Positions 60,720 through 64,000 of a stretch of DNA of 64,000 nucleotides are shown piece after piece. Source of the stretch: Leptospira sp. (lineage in GTDB: Bacteria > Spirochaetota > Leptospiria > Leptospirales > Leptospiraceae); contig JAWXAQ010000020.1 in assembly GCA_034439575.1 (NCBI GenBank), positions 1-64,000 on the forward strand, written 5' to 3'. The notes under the pieces are model-generated. The model was given only the letters and a program-made list of their open reading frames with translations. It did not search any database and was not told where the DNA came from. The number at the start of each line of letters is the position of its first letter. Within the stretch, counting starts at the first letter, position 1. A program made the position numbers and the translations under genes.

Positions 60720-61120
60720 AGGTACTATTTATTAATCGATAGAACAGATTATATAGTCGCTCAGTATAGCCGAAGTGATGCGAGTTTAGTGACGAGTTTG
60801 GCAACAAATGATTGGTTGGTGAATCCCTCCTGTAGAAACCTAACCTTAGATTGTGGGACTTATTGGAAAAATCGAGTTGGGTTCATCTATATATCTTACC
60901 TTGTTTACTAGGTGGCTCTATTGAAGCTGTCACTCCAGAAAATGATTATGGTATTTCTCTTTCTTGGTCTTGGGGATTATTCGTTAATAATTTATTAAGA
61001 TTGGTAAATGGTTTTTCAGTTAATCCAGCTATAAACGAAACTTGCATATCGAATGTGAAATAATGAAGAATAAAAAATTGAAAATACTGAATTGAAAAAA
61101 TTAATAATATCAGATACTCT

Positions 61121-61396
61121 ATGTCTATAAAATTAAATACACATATTTCAATATTACTTTTCACCATATTACAAGCGTCTATTATTTCTGATCAAATTTC
61201 ATCTGAAAAGGTATATATGACTAAAGAAATTAAAAAGCCTTGGAAGTTCGATTGTAAAGAAAAGCGGGAATGTCTTTCTAAATGTAATTCTACATTTTTT
61301 TTAAATCCTTATGGTGAAGAAAAATCATATATAAACCAAATGAGGACAGAATGCTTTAGGGATTGCGCTTCCCAAGTAGATTGTAATAAGGATTGA
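61121..61396 (+). CDS. Small exported Cys-rich hypothetical protein
   Basis: Hydrophobic N-terminus, six Cys including CxxxC pairs. Confidence 0.5.
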   Translation: MSIKLNTHISILLFTILQASIISDQISSEKVYMTKEIKKPWKFDCKEKRECLSKCNSTFFLNPYGEEKSYINQMRTECFRDCASQVDCNKD

Positions 61397-62038
61397 CTGA
61401 AAGATGAATACTTTAATTTTTCCGTAAAAAAAAGTTTTTTTTCTTCTTTCTCTTATTCTATTTTTTAACTTAATTTTATGTTCTAGAAACAAGGCATAAA
61501 AAAATGAACATATTATTTCTCAAGCAGATTGCTATTTTTAATTTCAAGGCAAATAAATCTTTAAAGTTATCTGCTCAAATTTTGGATTTGGTATTTATTA
61601 TTTGCAAACTAAATAATATTATAAAGTTAAAGAATTCAATTAATGTTGGTGAAATTAATTTATGTGAATTAAATAATTAAAAGTTCAGGCATTCATAGTT
61701 ACCCTTAATAGTTAAATCTGTTATATATTTAATTCAGATTTTGCCTCCGAATAAAACTTTTACAAAAAAGTGAATTATTTATTTCGTTTTTTATAAATTT
61801 GTTAAATGTAATTTTATTATTGAACTTTCTTTCGATATAGCGAACGAGAAAGATGCAGGAATCTGTCGTTTACAGAGAATTCGATGGTCATAATCAAAAA
61901 AAATTACTGAATGAAATGAAGATTTGGGCATAAGGCCCATTCTGCGATCATAGATTCGCCCTTTACTGTTTATAAAGATTATAGTTATTCCTTTTTATAT
62001 TGATAAAATATTTAATAAAATTAAACCAAGTTTCTTAA

Positions 62039-62707
62039 TTACCATCCATATTTCATATTAATCCTTGTTTAAGTCTAATCTATGACAAATGCCAAAATAA
62101 ATCTAATCTTCTAAATTCCTTTGAACTTCTTCTGGTAAAAGAAAGTTTCGCTCTATCAATACTATTCGTCCATGTTTATTGTATAGCTATTTCAAAACTT
62201 GAACATTTCGAAAAATCAACATTTGATTTTTTAAATAATGAAACCATTAAAATAAGGTTTGTTAATGTACAAGTAAAGTTAAAAGATGAGGAGTTGGAAA
62301 GGTAAAAGTTACTCTATAAATTAAACAGAATTATCCTCGAAGGAGAGCAATATAAAAATAATGATTTGGATAATTTGAAAGTTTCTCTTATGAATTTTCA
62401 ACATAAAATGAGCCTTATTCCACAATATTATGTAATCGCAATATTGACTGGGGGATTATATGCAATGTTTGGTGGCTCTTTATTAAAAGAAGATATTCAT
62501 ACTCAATGGGAAGTTTTAGAAATGAATAAGGAAAGAAAGATGACTTATATTGTTTCATGTACGAAGAATTATAATATGTATGATCCTATACCAATCCGAG
62601 ATATTGAAAATAATAGAGAAATTTGGGATTACGGTGATTTTTGCAGAGATTTGATTCTAGAAAAGCTAATTCAAAAAATTTATGATAATCGGAATTACTT
62701 ATTATAG
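62039..62707 (+). pseudogene. Probable pseudogene (lipoprotein-like) with an internal stop
   Basis: Frame of ORF 62366..62707 stays open upstream to about 62039 apart from one TAA at 62303-62305; hydrophobic stretch ending in Cys (FALSILFVHVYC). Confidence 0.45.
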
Positions 62708-62811
62708 AAAAAATATTTAAATAAATAAATAGAATGTTAATTTTATTCTTTTCGCTAGCAAATAGTTTACATTGAGCGCATAGCAGAAGCAATGCTGGAA
62801 AATAACCCTAA

Positions 62812-64000
62812 TATCAACGATACCTCTCTACCCCTTGCTATGCTTCCCAGGACTCCGCTAAACGCTCCGCACCTAGAAAACTCCGCCAGAATTCTCTCCT
62901 GAACCCCATAAAGAACCCATACAAGAATTATACTAACCCTCTAAAATCTACCCCTGCCTTAGATACACTATACGCTACTAAGACCCTAACGATCCTATCC
63001 ACCTTATTTCCAAAGTCCTGCAACTGCGAGAAACCAAACCTTTTATACTTCAAAGTAAAAAATAGACCTACTGTTTCTAGGTGTTCTAACTGCCATAAAC
63101 AAGTTAGCCTAACTTCTAACACTCCCTTACAAGACTTCAAACTTCCCTTATCTTACTTCTCATACATCTTAGAAGACCAAATTTTATCTTACCCTAAGTC
63201 AGTTACTTCAAAAGAAATTTCTAAAAAATTAAACATATCATATAAATCAGCGTATTACCTTAAAAGAAGACTGCAAATTGTCTACAGTCTGTTAAATGAG
63301 AAGCTACAGAAGCAGTTATTTATTGAGTTAAAAGAACATAATGAGAAAAACCCTATTAAATTAAGTAAAAATGAAGACTTACGTGAAACTATTAAAAATG
63401 AACCCATTGCTGTAGCAGATTCGGTAGTATTATACTCTAGTTCATTAAGAGCAAACAAACATAGGTCTAGAAGATTTAAGACAGGCTCAAGTTCTATATA
63501 TCTTTCTAATTCATTGGGAGGTGGACAAGCAGGTGTTTTAGTTCATACTGTAGGTATTAATCACGGAATGACTTTTTATAAATCCATTCCACTTAATAAT
63601 CAAGAGTATCTAGGTAAAGACTTAGATCAGAAGATACCAAAGGATACGATTCTCTTTACTGACGAAGGTTATACGTTCATTTGGGATAGAAAGAATCATA
63701 AAATGGTAAATCATTCTAAGCGAAGTAAAGATCCAAGGTATAACCTAAGTAGAGAACGATGGATAACCAAACAGGGAGTAACCTCTAATGGTGCTGAATC
63801 TAGAAACAATTTATTAAAACAGTCGTTTAGGTCTTACAGTTATATAAGTCCGAAGTGGTCGCAGTTGTATTTGGACGAAATAAGCTTTCTAGGGAACGTA
63901 AGGTTTGCGGAAGGATTGAAGGAACTGCTTTTGGGACGAGGTGAGGAAAGGGGGGTTGTGCGTGAAAGGGATACAAACTGCGGGCGGAGGGACTTGAATT
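62812..64000 (+). mobile_element. IS1595-family (ISXO2-like DDE) transposase; ORF runs off the window end and was missed by the ORF track
   Basis: Frame 1 is open from 62812 to 64000: Zn ribbon CNC...CSNC, HTH KEISKKLNISYKSAYYLKRRLQ, then VAD, FTDEGY, VNHS, GVTSNGAE, YISPKWSQLYLDE. Confidence 0.8.
63979..63998 (-). other. tRNA 3'-end-like fragment (tRNA-Leu type), possible att site
   Basis: Minus strand TTCAAGTCCCTCCGCCCGCA matches a T-loop, T-stem and acceptor strand, without the flanking GG or CCA. Confidence 0.55.

Noticed and set aside
60851-61063. 70-aa ORF as a toxin or RHS remnant
   Set aside because: No recognisable motif and a weak start; cannot be supported
62778-62843. GCATAGCA...TGCTATGC inverted repeat as the IS left end
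   Set aside because: Only 8 bp, and the right end lies outside the window, so terminal inverted repeats cannot be defined
58300-64000. CRISPR array, prophage or integron in the accessory tail
   Set aside because: No regularly spaced direct repeats, cas, integrase or phage structural genes seen

Overview
Chromosomal segment that looks like a Leptospira genome, probably a saprophytic-clade species (inferred from gene content, gene order and a HemK/HemR-like pair). Bases 1-58300 are mostly core genes. They include the 3' end of alaS, yajQ, ftsK, lolA, a rodZ-like gene, rimO, pgsA, trpD, yajC-X-secD-secF and a rib cluster. Further on are pdxH, a prepilin peptidase, an AAA-AAA-VWA gene heading an smpB-der-plsY operon, a Maf-family gene, a short SMC, a tRNA(CAT) and glnA with a sigma54-type promoter. 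The rest of the core part holds a CheB-CheR-PAS-kinase block, hemK/hemR, fbaB-malQ, a PBP1A/bactofilin/M23 cluster, lysA-ispD and a cNMP/PilZ cluster. Bases 58300-64000 are an AT-rich accessory tail with small Cys-rich or orphan ORFs, a probable pseudogene and an IS1595-like transposase that the ORF track missed. That transposase reads through a 20-bp stretch that looks like a tRNA-Leu 3' end. The best candidates for new biology are (i) a midasin/VWA8-like AAA-AAA-VWA protein apparently co-transcribed with smpB and der, (ii) the IS1595-like element with no nearby AUG, a C-to-G skew gradient and a tRNA-end/att-like motif, and (iii) an SMC without a recognisable hinge. All family calls come from motif recognition by eye; no searches were run.
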